Source: Octopus vulgaris
Lineage: Eukaryota
DNA length: 64,000 nt
Direction: 5' to 3'
NCBI GenBank assembly: GCA_951406725.2
Contig: OX597836.1
Span: 5,022,001 to 5,086,000, forward strand
The position numbers and the translations under genes are program-made. Positions 13,661 through 27,954 of this stretch are shown one piece after another. A model generated the notes under the pieces. The model made no database searches, had not been told where the DNA came from, and saw only the letters and a list, made by a program, of their open reading frames with translations. How positions within the stretch are numbered: the first letter of the stretch is position 1; each line of letters starts with the position of its first letter.

Positions 13661-13979
13661 TAAGGAACAGTGCCCGACAAAGTGAATAGTTTCAAGACCC
13701 AAAATACTGGTTACCTGTTGCTTTACATTTCTATACGTTTTGACCAGTATTGTGAGCATAAGGGTGGTTAGTATCAATGCATGTGGCCAACGACCCTCGT
13801 GGGAATAACGTGGCTGGTTCCACCAGATTTCGTCGCTAGATATGGATGCGATAGTGTTCTAAAGAGGGAAAAAGAACAACACCAGCGGAAATAACAACAA
13901 TAGCAATAATAATGATAAAGGCAACAACAGTAATTATAATAATGATGATGATGATAACAAGGGAACATGATTAATTTGT

Positions 13980-14570
13980 CAGATGGTAGTTTGCTGCCAA
14001 CTTCCGGTGAGTGGAAGAGGGGTCATGCCGTCGCTAATGATACGCATGCATGCACTCACGCTGCAATCGTTCAAGCGTTTCATCGACGACGAACAGGTGT
14101 GGTTAGACGCTCTTTTCCGCACTTTGTTTACTTAACTGGGCTGCAGCCATAGACCAATGCAGGGCGGTCAGCACTCTGAGTGTCGTCAGAGGCTAAAAAA
14201 CCTCTGCAGGTCAAGCAATGTTATTCAGAATATCAGTGTCGGGTTTGAGAGAGACGGACGCAGGGAAGCCCACTGGTATCAATGGAATTCAACAGGCTCG
14301 TTATTTCTGAAAGATAACGCGGGACAGAGACCATGGATAACCTCCAGAAAATTCTGGCTTGGCAGTGTATCGAGGGTCATTTGCTAGTCCTATATATCCA
14401 TGGTTGTGTCGAGGTGGGCACAGGAGCATAAAACCGTTCTGATTGTTCCGTAATCGAGCATAACTTACTTGGGAGTTTATTTTGCACAGCACATCGGACG
14501 GATCCGGAAGATAGTTCTGCCGGTTTTCTTTGGTCAGGAAGATCAGGCAGCTTTCCTTTTTCTGTGATTT
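13980..14570 (+). pseudogene. Decayed L1/Tx1-like LINE ORF2 C-terminal region (zf-RVT-like)
   Basis: Frameshifted peptides RGVMPSLMIRMHALTL (GGLG.P-like), MDNLQKILAWQC, RWAQEHKTVL (degenerate CxxC..ET-like), HIGRIR, GQEDQAAFLF; higher GC than flanks. Confidence 0.55.
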
Positions 14571-14924
14571 CTGTCTATTACGAAAGAGGTTATAGCCGCA
14601 ACTTATAAAAGAAATATCAGTTAAAGACTGGTGTAAATGTGAACAAATAACCCATGTTCTAAAATTGTTGGTCTTCTTCTAGAATTGGAAACCATTATTG
14701 TTACGAAAGGCTCTACCTCCATCGAAATAACTTTATAACTTCGCAGACTATAACTAGATATTTATGCAAGAACAGCCCCGACAGAAAATATACATAAAAA
14801 AATTCAAACTTGTAAATTAAACGAAACAAACATACATCAAAAGCTGTCTCGCAACCCTGATCGTATCCAGCGTCCTGCAGAAAAGATTATACGCCCTAGA
14901 GTTTACAGAGAGAGGAAAAAAAAG

Positions 14925-15171
14925 AACAAGAACAGCGGCAATAAAAACAATAACAATAATAATGATAATGGCGACAGCAGTAATAATAATGATGATGATG
15001 ATGATAACAAACATAATAACAACGGTATAAGTAATAGTAGTCGTAGTAATTAACATAACAACAACAACAACAATAATAAAAAGAAGAAGAAGAAGAACAA
15101 TAATAAATATAATATATTTAATATATACAAAAATAAAAAGAGTACGAGTAACAACAATAACGATGATGATG

Positions 15172-15244
<73 letters not shown>

Positions 15245-15384
15245 CAATAACAACAATAACAATAGTAATAAAAATAGAAATAATAATAATAATAGTAATG
15301 ATAATAATAAAGATAATAATAATAATAATAATAACAATAGTATTAGTAATAATGATGATGATGATGATAATAGTAATAATAATG

Positions 15385-15423
<39 letters not shown>

Positions 15424-15434
15424 TTAATAGTAAT

Positions 15435-15474
<40 letters not shown>

Positions 15475-15489
15475 TTAATATTAATAATG

Positions 15490-15546
<57 letters not shown>

Positions 15547-15660
15547 TTAATAATAATAATGATAATAATAATATTAATAATAATAATGACAATATTAATA
15601 ATAATAACAATAGTAATAATAATAATATTACTAATAATAATAATAATTATATTAATAATG

Positions 15661-15718
<58 letters not shown>

Positions 15719-15720
15719 CA
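14925..15720. repeat. Long imperfect (TAA)n microsatellite
   Basis: Directly visible, about 0.7 kb. Confidence 0.95.
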
Positions 15721-16247
15721 AAATGGAGTGAATCTACACGGATGAAGAATCCAATAAATTTACTTCTATTGTTGGTGTTCTTGTTCTTAATGTTGGTGTA
15801 GCGGCTGTTGTCACTAATGTTGGTTATTTTTGTTGTTGTTGTTGTTGTCTTTTTCTTGTCTCTGCATCTCGAGAAACGAGAGCAATTACTTGGCTAATAC
15901 AGTCAGATGTTTTACGTAAGACAAAAGATTAAAGGGAAACATCACAGGATTCGACTTAATATAGGTGTGTGATTTAAGTGAGATCAATGTAAGTGTAACC
16001 ATGGAAACATAACAATAAGACAAACGATTATCAGCGAACAGAAAGGAAATTGGTGTCTCTCCGTCTGTCTTTCTGTCTTTAGGTCTGTCAGTCTCCGAAT
16101 GTGTGTGTTTAAGCATGTGCGTTGTACGTGAGTTTATAGACCTACGTAACTCAGTGTATGTATGTATGTATATATGTATGTATGTATGTCGATATGTAAG
16201 TATGCGTGTGTGAATGTATGTACGTATGTCTGTATGTGTGTATGACT

Positions 16248-16560
16248 ATCATTGTTCAGACTTATTTCAAGATTTCTTGCCAATAGAGAAAGAACCGGTT
16301 TCAAACCTAGATCCAAGGCATTCCAACATCAACAACAGGGTATTTTTGTATGTATGTATGTATGTATGTATGTATGTATGTATGTATGTATGTATGTATG
16401 TAGATATGTATGTATATGTGTGTCGGTATGAACGTATGTATGTGTGCACGTCTGTATATATGTATGTCATTGTTCAGTTATATTTCGAGATTTCTTGCCA
16501 ATAGAGAAAGAACCGGTTTCTAATCTAGATTCAAGGCTCCTTCAATGGAATTTCAACAGC
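16248..16560 (+). repeat. Tandem pair of an approximately 220-bp unit containing (TATG)n
   Basis: tcattgttcag..agatttcttgccaatagagaaagaaccggtttc..tagat.caaggc at 16248 and 16467. Confidence 0.85.
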
Positions 16561-16595
16561 ATGTATGTATGCATATATATATATATATATGTAAA

Positions 16596-16824
16596 GGCGG
16601 CAAGCTGGCAGATACGTTAACGCGCCGGGCGGAATGCTTAGCGGTATTTCGTCTGTCGTTACGTTCTGAGTTCAAATTCCGCCGAGGTCGACTTTGCCTT
16701 TCATCCTTTCGGGGTCGATAAATAAAAACACCAGCTTCACACTGGGGTCGATGTAATCGACTTAATCCCTTTGTCTGTCCTTGTTTGTCCTCTCTATGTT
16801 TAGCCCCTTGTGGGCAATAAAGAA

Positions 16825-16826
<2 letters not shown>
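16596..16826 (+). mobile_element. Full-length tRNA-derived SINE type A
   Basis: ggcggcaagctggcaga A-box, gagttcaaattcc B-box, central gtcgactttgcctttcatcctttcggggtcgataaa (Meta-domain-like, from memory), tail gccccttgtgggcaataaagaaat; flanked by (TA)n. Confidence 0.9.
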
Positions 16827-16865
<39 letters not shown>

Positions 16866-16882
16866 CATACATATATACTTGC

Positions 16883-16913
<31 letters not shown>

Positions 16914-16930
16914 CATACATACATAGTTGC

Positions 16931-16961
<31 letters not shown>

Positions 16962-17294
16962 CACCCAAACACTCAGCCAGTACAACGGGCACATACACGC
17001 GCAAATATATCCGTAAGTGCAGGTGGTATTTGATGCCAATGACATTTGGTCGTGTCAGAAGCGCAGGGATTGACATACCTAAAGGAAAATATCACACCGA
17101 ATAACATTAAACAGTGTGTTATCTGAGATGCAGACACACGTACTCGAGCACACACACACACACACACTGAGACACACCCAGACGATCGGTTATATACATG
17201 CATAAACACATACATGCGTATATGTACATATATGCATATACGGGTATATGTACATTCATACATACAAGTGTGTGTTTATATATATATATACACT

Positions 17295-17346
<52 letters not shown>

Positions 17347-17410
17347 TTGACAGATATATGTAATACATAAATACTTAACCTATTGCTTCGTTTTCTATAC
17401 ATTTACGTAC

Positions 17411-17467
<57 letters not shown>

Positions 17468-17504
17468 CATATATATATGTATATATATACATATATATAC
17501 ATAT

Positions 17505-17580
<76 letters not shown>

Positions 17581-18101
17581 TTACACAAAGACATATAAAC
17601 TCGCAAATACACACACATATATGGGTGTCCTTATAAACATACATGAATAATACCTATGCAAGATGGTATGCATATATACATTATCATTTTATTACACAAA
17701 ACACTTTTAATCCGCGATTCAAGGTGTCATTACGACATTATATCTCAAATTTAATTCGAAACCTAATGGATATTAATACCATCGGCTTCGATATTAAACG
17801 AATGGAAAGTGAGAAGCTGTGAACACACATTGAAGTGGGGGGGAAATGTATACAAACATTAAGAATACATTGAAATTTGTTAACATGTGTCACCAAAGAT
17901 AATTATTTGAGTAATGCCAAATTTAATTTACGCTAGAAACACGAAAACACGAGTATTGCTTGATATCCTTACAATGGCAAAGATATAGAATTCCGCAGTA
18001 TGAGAGGTGATAAGTTCATACGTGTGCGGGCGTGTGCGTGTGTGACCCTGTGAGCGAATGTGTGTATATACATATACATACATACACACAAACACACACA
18101 C

Positions 18102-18156
<55 letters not shown>

Positions 18157-18504
18157 GCATGTATATATCTATATATATATATAAGTATATTTGTATATAC
18201 GTATGTGTGCGTGTGTGTAGTGTGTCTTTATATATGAATGTATGTTATATGTACATTTTCTCTTCTGGTTTGAAATTTTCAACATCCAAGAATGCGTTTA
18301 TAAACACACACACAGACACAAACAGACACACACAGACACACACACACATACAGACACACACACATACATATGTATGTATGCTTATTTAAAAATGGGGCCG
18401 TTGGTATTTATCTCTATAACCACAACAGAAACGAATACCACAGTTTCCATGTGGAAGGATTGTTGATTGCTAAGATAACCCCCTGCACACTAAATATGTT
18501 ATTC

Positions 18505-18800
18505 GTTTACTTGTTTCGATAGACTGCGGCCATGCTGAGGCACCACCATCAACAATTTTAGTCGAACGAATTGACTCCAGGATCTATTAATTTTTTTAAA
18601 GCCTGTATTTAATCGATCTGCGTCTTTTACAGAACGTTATGCTACGGGACGTAAACATCCTTCGTCTACCAAATCCACTCACAAGACTTTGGTTAAGCTA
18701 AGATTATAGTGGAATACTCTCGCCCAAGGTGCCACGCAGTCGGACTAAAACGAGAACCATGCGGTTGAGAAAGCTATTACCAGACATCCACGCCGGCGCC
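18505..18800 (-). mobile_element. CORE-type SINE type B, internally deleted
   Basis: gactgcggccatgctg..cacc tail, cgtctaccaaatccactcacaag, cgcccaaggtgccacgcagt (CORE), head ending ggcgcc. Confidence 0.85.
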
Positions 18801-18949
18801 TACATACATATCACCTACAACAGTCTTATGTTACACAATATTAACAATCTTATTTTAGCACTAACACTCGTGTAATGACATTTGAGGAAAATAAATAGAA
18901 AAGGCCGCGAGATTATTGAGAAAGAATATTTCTTGCTAAATTCAATTTT

Positions 18950-19270
18950 CCCAACATGAAACAGAAACATTCTGCTTTAAATCTTGAAAGTTTTCTCTTG
19001 TTAGAATTCTCCTTCAGGTCAAGTAAAACTGTTTTGATGTTGAATCACGAAGGCTTTTTGATTTAAAGATGTTTTGCTCGGATCTGTACAACTAATAGAA
19101 AACATAAACATTGTGATGGAAGGCACCCGAACAGAGATGACAACTTTCAATTTAAGAGAACACAATTGAATTTTATATCAACATGAACAACACTGTCGAA
19201 CAAAAGTTTGAGGGTATCGTGAAAGGAGTTGGAGGACCTTGAAAGAAGCTTTTTACAAACGATTAAACAT
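18950..19270 (+). pseudogene. Possible highly decayed Helitron (Pif1-like) helicase fragment
   Basis: tttcaatttaagagaacacaa encodes FQFKRTQ, similar to the Helitron FQFKRLQFP motif; flanking similarity is weak. Confidence 0.25.
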
Positions 19271-19384
19271 ATATGGTATGATATTGTTAACTTACGTATC
19301 GTTTGTCCTAAGCATATACCATGTAGTATGAATCCTTCAGCCTGTATGGTGATATTTACGATTCATAGGGGGAATAATACTTTG

Positions 19385-19545
19385 TAATATAGGCTCAAGG
19401 CCTGAAATTGACCCCAGTACACATCTGGTATTTATTTTAAGGACCCTGAAAATGTCGGCGGACTTAAAACTCGGTACGTAAATGCGGACGACATGCCGCC
19501 AAGCAGTTCGCCTGGAGTGCTAATGTTTCTGCCAGCTGCGCACCT
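19385..19545 (-). mobile_element. Decayed SINE type A
   Basis: ataggctcaaggcctgaaatt, gaccccagt, tttctgccagct. Confidence 0.7.
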
Positions 19546-20601
19546 TCCATAAATAAAACCTGAATACGTCCATTTTTTATCTAATTCATTGATTTAAGTT
19601 TAACGGTGTAATGTGTTTCTTACTGTACTGAAGTTATGTGGGCTTAGAGCATATACCACTCAGCTGCCTACCGTTTTCAAAGAGGAAAGATATCCGAAGA
19701 ACACTGCTGATAAATCTACCTATCTCTGCGAAGACCTTGATGTCAATATTCTATTCGTATTTCCTCCACGAATAGATTTTTTTTTCAAAATAGATATTCA
19801 ATCTTCTGTAAACTAAATATTTTAACACAAACAAATTCTCAAATTTTAATTGGTTCGAGGCATGTTAATTGATTTATCGAGAAAACGAATGTAGCTTAAC
19901 GGACAAACATCTAAACGCCAAAATAAGACATTTCCTACACGGATCCCCCAAAAAACTGGAGATAAAATGCGTTATTAAAAATAACAGTGAACGATATCAG
20001 ACGGTCAACGGATCCATCTGCATGGTAGCAGAAATTACTAGAAATAGAAGCCAACTGCACTTGACACTAAAATTTGCTGTTTGTAAAGTAAGATTTAAAG
20101 AAAACACTATACGTTAAGAAGAATACAGACTAACTTTTTAAAATAGGCACATCTTGGAGGAAGAGGTGTTTCTTGCAGAGATTTTACTCACAAAGAAGAC
20201 ACAGGGCCTTTGATTCTAGGGGCCACCTGGTGCTTATTCCCAGCATCATAAGCCCTGCATACATTGTGTTCAGTTTAGTTTTAATCGAATATTTATTACT
20301 GCAATTGAAAGGAAATAAACGTCAATAAACAATGAATAGCTACGCAGTACATGCGCACACACACACACACATTCATATATACAGGTTCATATACATATAT
20401 ATATATATATTCTTGTATGTGCGTATGTATGTGTCTATCCCTTTATTTATCTATTTATCTACTCATGTCTCTCTCTCTCTCTGTTTATATATCTCTATAT
20501 ATACACACGCACACATAAATATATTCATATGTATGAGACATATATATATTCTGTGTGTGTGTGCGTGTGTGTTTGTTAGTATGTGTGTGTATGTGTCTGT
20601 G

Positions 20602-20679
<78 letters not shown>

Positions 20680-20824
20680 GAGAAATCAGATAGATTGTCA
20701 GATAGATAGATAGATAGATAGATAGATAAATGATAATGTATTTAATGTACTTTAATATATTAATATATTATTATATCTTCTTGTATGTATGTATGTATAT
20801 ATAAATACACTCATATATATATAC

Positions 20825-20857
<33 letters not shown>

Positions 20858-21544
20858 TAATTAGATAGAGACAGACAGACTGACCCACACACACACGAGC
20901 ATATTATTCAGCCGTTGCCTATTTTGCTAGCCTGACTAAACGTTTCTCAATGTTCCATAATTCCATAATGGTTTATGATGTGTATATCGAGTCCACCTCA
21001 TTATCGCTCAATATCATAAGTCTCCTCGAAATACGCAATTTACTAATATATTTAAATCAATCACGACTTCGATTTTTATCAGAGCTTAATTCGCATTGAC
21101 GGACTGCATGTAATTATCACCGTTCCATTATTTTTCATCCTTTAGAACTTTCATATTATAAACTAATTGTTTTCTTTATCCATTACCTGACAACAACGAC
21201 TTCTAAATTAACCCAATTATAGACGAAGATTTATTGCGGAATCTCTAAGCAACCAATATTTCTGAAAATGGTTATAAATAGTAAACATAATTATGATTGT
21301 TGTTGCAGGCCATTTCTGTGTGCGATTAAGAAGTTCATGTTGCGACTACGTCATATTCTTCCTAGTCGCACGGCGCAGTAGTCTGGCCCAAAAAAAAGGA
21401 AAAAGAAAAAATGTCTTGCATACACAGGCCCGGGACAGATTACTATGTTGTGAATGGAAATTCTCTCTCTCTCTCTCTCTCTCTCTTCCTGTCTGTCTGT
21501 CTGTCTGTCTCACTCTCTCTTTATATATATATATATATATATTC

Positions 21545-21730
21545 TGTTCTTTTATTGTTTCAGACATTTGACTGCGGCCATACTGCAGCATATCGCTTTT
21601 TGGTCGAATATTTCGACACCAGGACTTATTCTTTGTAAGCCTAGTACTGATTCTATCTATTTCTTTTGCCGAACGGCTAGTTTACGTGGGAAATAAAGAC
21701 ACTAACATCGGTTGTCAAGTGATGGTGTGT
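21545..21730 (-). mobile_element. SINE type B 3' half
   Basis: tgtttcagacatttgactgcggccat..ccaggacttattctttgtaagcctagtac..acatcggttgtcaag. Confidence 0.85.
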
Positions 21731-21737
21731 GATTAAG

Positions 21738-21781
<44 letters not shown>

Positions 21782-22830
21782 CAGCAAATGAATGAGAGAA
21801 GATGGACTATATGAGAATTTATTATTGATCACTCAATTGTTTCGACTCATTTATCATCGATTCCTCTTGGGTGGGACATTCAACAACTGGTTCAGGGGCA
21901 TCCGGTGGTGTAGATGTATCTCGTCGGGTGATAAATAAATACAACTCGTTAAAATGACTGTTCCGCAATGTAACTAGCCGTTTTGTAGAAAGAAAAACAG
22001 CCAGACGGAGGAAATATCTTCATTTATATAGAAGATCAAAAACAAAATTAAAGATGGCAAAAAGAGAAACGAACACGCAATCCAGTAACCAAGGTATTAA
22101 AAATATCCGTTAACAGATATGGATGTAGAAACGCCCTTTGACAAGCTGCATGACACGAGTACACTCGATCATACAATCATCATAGAAGTGAATATTGTGA
22201 ACAAGTTTGTTCACTAGCTACACATATATTCTCATGTATCTGACTGAATACGCCACGTGTCATTAAGTTCACGTATTGCGCCATCATTTATAGAATGGTA
22301 TATTTTTCGTTGGCTTTAGTGAATGGTGGAATGTGGTTGTTTGATTTGTGTTGTGAAGGGGCACGTTAGAAGATTAGTGACATCAATAATTATCTTTCAA
22401 GTGATATCATATATTGGACGTTCTGACGAAGTGATGTAAAATCAGAAGTTCTCCTTCTAATTCTTCATTTTAAACTCGATGAAATAAAGCACCAACAAAG
22501 AACTAGGGTTCAATAAATTCATTTATTCAGCTTCCGTAATTTTCGGTGAAAAGTGGTTTGTTTTTAGAAATCAATACTAGCGTTATGAAAAGCAATATAA
22601 GTACAAATTTTTATCTGTTTACCGAAAATTGTTTGTGTTTCAATCATGTCATAAATCAATAAGGCCTGGAAAGTTCATTGCAAGAACATTTATTTTACAC
22701 AGGAAAATATGATGGTTTAATCAGGAAATAACTTTAATATAAAAGGCAAAACTGGAGCACAGCTGTGATTTTAATGCATTTAAAAGTGGCCATTTTCATT
22801 ACATACAAAAACACTTTGTGTCGCACCGTG

Positions 22831-22861
<31 letters not shown>

Positions 22862-23010
22862 GTCTTTTTTTCTTTCGTTCTTTCTTTCACTGTGTCTTCT
22901 CTCACCCCCTCTCTCTCTTTCTCTCTCTCTCTGAGACACCAACTAAATCGCATACTCGTACACAAGATACTGTATGTGCAAACATATATATATACATACA
23001 CACATTTATA

Positions 23011-23046
<36 letters not shown>

Positions 23047-23589
23047 TACACACAACAACACACACACATATATATATACACATAGACACATTTATAGATG
23101 TATATATATATATATACACAAATATATATATACATATATATGCATGCATACATATATGTATATCTGTTTATCAATCTATATAGCTACGTGTGTGTGTATA
23201 TATATATGCATATAAGCATATATGCCTATACATGTGCATAGATATTTTATATTTGACTATATGTATACATGCATACACGCGCACAAATATGTAAGTACAA
23301 ACAAACCTGCGTTCGTACAAAATCGCATACGTACATGACCACTTAAGCATTATCAACTAAACAATGAATTACAGAGTTGTTTTGGCGATTTTCAAATGTA
23401 AAATGTAATTTTTCCATTTGATAAACACAAGATGATACGTTTTTTTTCTTTAAATAGCAATAGTCGTTACAAATATATTGCTTTGAGTTCATGAAAAACG
23501 CACTTTACCACTACTTGTGCTCAAAATACATTGTTTTCGTGATGTAAATGCACGCAATAGAAGTCAGGTCACTAGAGAAAAAAATAACG

Positions 23590-23719
23590 ACCACAACAAC
23601 AACAACAACAACAACAACCAACAACAACAACAACAACAACAACTGGAGCAAGTACAACAGCAATAAACAACAACAACAATATTAATAATAATATTAATGA
23701 TGATAATAATAATAAAAAC

Positions 23720-23751
<32 letters not shown>

Positions 23752-23759
23752 TGATGATG

Positions 23760-23797
<38 letters not shown>

Positions 23798-23816
23798 CAT
23801 AATAATGAAAATAATG

Positions 23817-23902
<86 letters not shown>

Positions 23903-23912
23903 GATAATAATG

Positions 23913-23971
<59 letters not shown>

Positions 23972-23981
23972 GATAATAATG

Positions 23982-24063
<82 letters not shown>

Positions 24064-24088
24064 TAATAATAATAATAATAATAATAAT

Positions 24089-24090
<2 letters not shown>
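23590..24090. repeat. (CAA)n/(TAA)n microsatellite
   Basis: Directly visible. Confidence 0.95.
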
Positions 24091-24760
<670 letters not shown>

Positions 24761-24773
24761 CATAGTATAAATC

Positions 24774-25004
24774 GCGGCGAGCTGGCAGAATCGTTAGCAC
24801 GTCGGGCGAAAGGCTAAGTGGTATTTCGTCTACCGTTACGTTCTGAGTTCAAATTTCACCGAGTTCGACTTTGCCTTTTATCCTTTTGAGAGTTGATTAA
24901 ATAAGTATCAGTTATGCACTGGGGTCGGTGTACTCGACTTAATCCCTTACTCTGTCCTTCTTTGTCCCCTCTCTGTGTAGCCCCTTGTAGGCAATAAAGA
25001 AATA
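24774..25004 (+). mobile_element. Full-length SINE type A
   Basis: Near-identical to the 16596 copy. Confidence 0.9.
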
Positions 25005-25038
25005 ACATGGTGTTGATGATGATGATTATAATATTAAC

Positions 25039-25081
<43 letters not shown>

Positions 25082-25090
25082 GTAGTAGTC

Positions 25091-25420
25091 TCTAACAGAA
25101 ATGGAGAAACTCTCCAAATACAAAGACCTGGAAATTGAGGTAACCAGAATGTGGAATCTAAAAACAGAAACAATTCCTATCATAGTAGGTGCATTAGGCA
25201 TGATAAAAAAGTATTCAGACAAATACATAACAAAAACACCAGGACTTACAAACACATATAACATGCATAAAATTGCACTACTAGGCACTGCACACATCCT
25301 ACGCAGAACACTTTCCATACAATAACCATCAGAGCATCACAACAAATCACAGCACATACCCAAGGCACACAGAGCTGCGCTCGGTAGTGAAGTGAAAGCA
25401 CGCTATAAAAAATAAAACTA

Positions 25421-25423
<3 letters not shown>
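25091..25423 (+). pseudogene. R4/Dong-like retrotransposon 3' fragment (second subfamily, reading frame intact)
   Basis: ORF 25101-25325 EKLSKYKDLEIEVTRMWNLKTETIPIIVGALG..KIALLGTAHILRRTLS*, then about 100 bp of UTR and a (TAA)n tail. Confidence 0.9.
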
Positions 25424-25492
<69 letters not shown>

Positions 25493-25544
25493 TGTTCTTT
25501 CAACAATTATTTTTCTTTCAATAATAATAATAATAATAATAATT

Positions 25545-25797
25545 ATTGTTCTTTCAACATCCTTAAACAACCCTTATTCAGGGACCGTTTGAGCGGGATT
25601 GGCTACTCAACCTGAAGAAAATTCTAACTGGGCCCCACCTGCAAGTTCATGTGCTGTTTATCTTGATATGAGATCACCATGTCGCGCAGATATGGTTGTG
25701 ATGCATGTGCCTGGTGTACCTTTATCAGGCGGGTATATTGGGCTTCGTATATTTTACCCCAGTGTCACTTTGATGGCATGAACTGCTCTCTCACTCA
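25545..25797 (+). mobile_element. Unclassified retroelement 3' end terminating in (TAA)n
   Basis: About 250 bp of higher-GC sequence ending ctctctcactc-aataataa, embedded in the TAA tract; no clear coding motif. Confidence 0.5.
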
Positions 25798-25838
25798 ATA
25801 ATAATAATAATAATAATAAATAATAATAATAATAATAA

Positions 25839-26080
25839 TCCCTGCAAGAAGTGCAAAAGATTGTCTTAACTTGTACATCACACGTATTGAGAAGAGCATT
25901 GTCGATGTGAGAACTGTTGCTGCTCATGTATTTTAATTTAACTTTAAAAAAAAAAAAAATGAACGAACTATCGAGTTTGGTTTAATGGCCTACCAATGTA
26001 TACTATGAGTTTCTTTGCCCTAGGAGTCGGGAAGACACTCGGCAAGAAATGGAAGCAAATTTGAAAGAAGAAAAAAAAAG
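25839..26080 (+). pseudogene. R4/Dong-like retrotransposon extreme 3' end (third subfamily)
   Basis: SLQEVQKIVLTCTSHVLRRALSM* (25839-25910), homologous to the ends of the two upstream fragments; distinct UTR followed by (TAA)n. Confidence 0.8.
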
Positions 26081-26364
26081 TAATAATAATAATAATAAAA
26101 GTCTTTTCTAAGATAGGCATTTAAAAATACTGTCCATCTTTAATTCTCCAGCAGCTGTCACATTAGGAAAACAAAACTGATTGTCATCACAAGAGCTATT
26201 TTGGTTTTATAATCCAAGCGTTCATCTCACTTGTGTTTGTGCATCGTAAATCTTTCTCCTCACACATCAACACATTTTGTTTCTTATTAAATATCATTTA
26301 TTGATTTATTATTGATATTATATATTACTGTTTTACTCTTTCTACTCTTTTATTATATGATATC

Positions 26365-26365
26365 A

Positions 26366-26432
<67 letters not shown>

Positions 26433-26801
26433 GTTATTATTATTATTGTTATTATTATTATTATTATTATTGTTGTTGCTATTATTATTATTATTTATGT
26501 TTTGCAAACTATTCTTTCTTTCTGCATTTTACTATAGTAATTTCGTAATGATCATAAAGAAATTAATGTTATCATTATTACTCAAAGCGCTCGCAACAAC
26601 CCACACGCACGCGCACGCACACACATACAGGCACACACGCACGCGCACGCACACACACATACAATCTTTTCTACTGTACCGGCAATAATGTTCTTAATGT
26701 AAACCCTTTGACGTCAATAAGCAAATTATTACCACCATCATTATCACTATTATTAAGTTTATTATTATTATTTTTATCACATTTGTTGTTATTATTATTA
26801 A

Positions 26802-26900
<99 letters not shown>
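26365..26900. repeat. (ATT)n and (TG)n tracts, followed by a SINE type B fragment (about 26870-27005)
   Basis: Directly visible; gtgtgtgcctttgtttctgtgtcc..cccgatagaataactac. Confidence 0.8.
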
Positions 26901-27954
26901 CTTTGTTTCTGTGTCCACCCGTCACCGATTGACAATTTACACAGCCTTAACTTAGCTCTTCGACAGAAGACCCGATAGAATAACTACAGAGCTTTAAAAA
27001 AGGTCCAACTTATTAAGCTCATTAAGATAGTGCTTTTTGTGGCTATTGAGTTGTTTTGATTCTTATTTCTAGCAATATTGGTGTTCATTAGTGTCCTTAT
27101 TCACTTTAGCCAAGTATATATGTATATATATTTCTGCCTTTAGGTTGTAAAACTGCGAATTAGCAATCCGTATTATTTATAATTGTCACTTTTACTGTTC
27201 AGGAAATCAGCGTATGATTTCAACGGAAATCTTATAAGGCGAGATGAGTTTAATCCTAGACGCGGTGAGAGCCACTAATATGCATAAAGACACTTTAAGC
27301 ATCGGAAAGCAAAATCATCGATAATCTAGCTCTATCTGCCATCGTAGGGAGTTTGTCTCCCTTGTCAGCTCATTAAGACAGTGTAATTATTTTGGCTATT
27401 GAATTGGTTTGACTTTTATTTCTAGGAATACTGGTGTCTTGTCTTCTTTATACACACACACACATATACACACATATATATTTATCTATCTACCTTGTGG
27501 ATTATATGCTCCGATTCACGTAAAATATTAACTCTAATGACTTATAGATCGACGAGAGTTTTGCATTTCCTTTTGGGTTATGTTATCATGTGTTTGTAAT
27601 AACAAGTCGATTAGTAAGCGCTTTATTCCTGTAGGTTCCTTTAAAAGAACACCTGACCAATCTCAAATTTTATTTTTAATGTCTCTATAGGCAGGCATAT
27701 CCCAGAGAATGGTCGCTATAATATTTGCTGTAGGTTATTAAAATTGTATGTGGAATTTTCGGAAATCGCTTATTTATGATCAGAATATTTTGCTAAATAT
27801 ATTATTTGAGTTTGCTGACAAAACGTATCATGATTTTTAGAAACTTTATCCTATAAATAAAATCGTATAGAAACCACTCACAATTTTTGAAAATGCAAAG
27901 CACGATATAATGTTTCCTGGATAATGTTTTCTACAATAAATGTTCCGAACAACT

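Noticed and set aside
15050-15801. Poly-Ile/Leu ORFs resembling membrane proteins
   Set aside because: (TAA)n microsatellite artefact; the same applies to 23564-24239 and all YI/HT/CV repeat ORFs
22197-22214. 8-bp-arm palindrome gtgaacaa-gt-ttgttcac
   Set aside because: Short enough to occur by chance in 64 kb and has no supporting context
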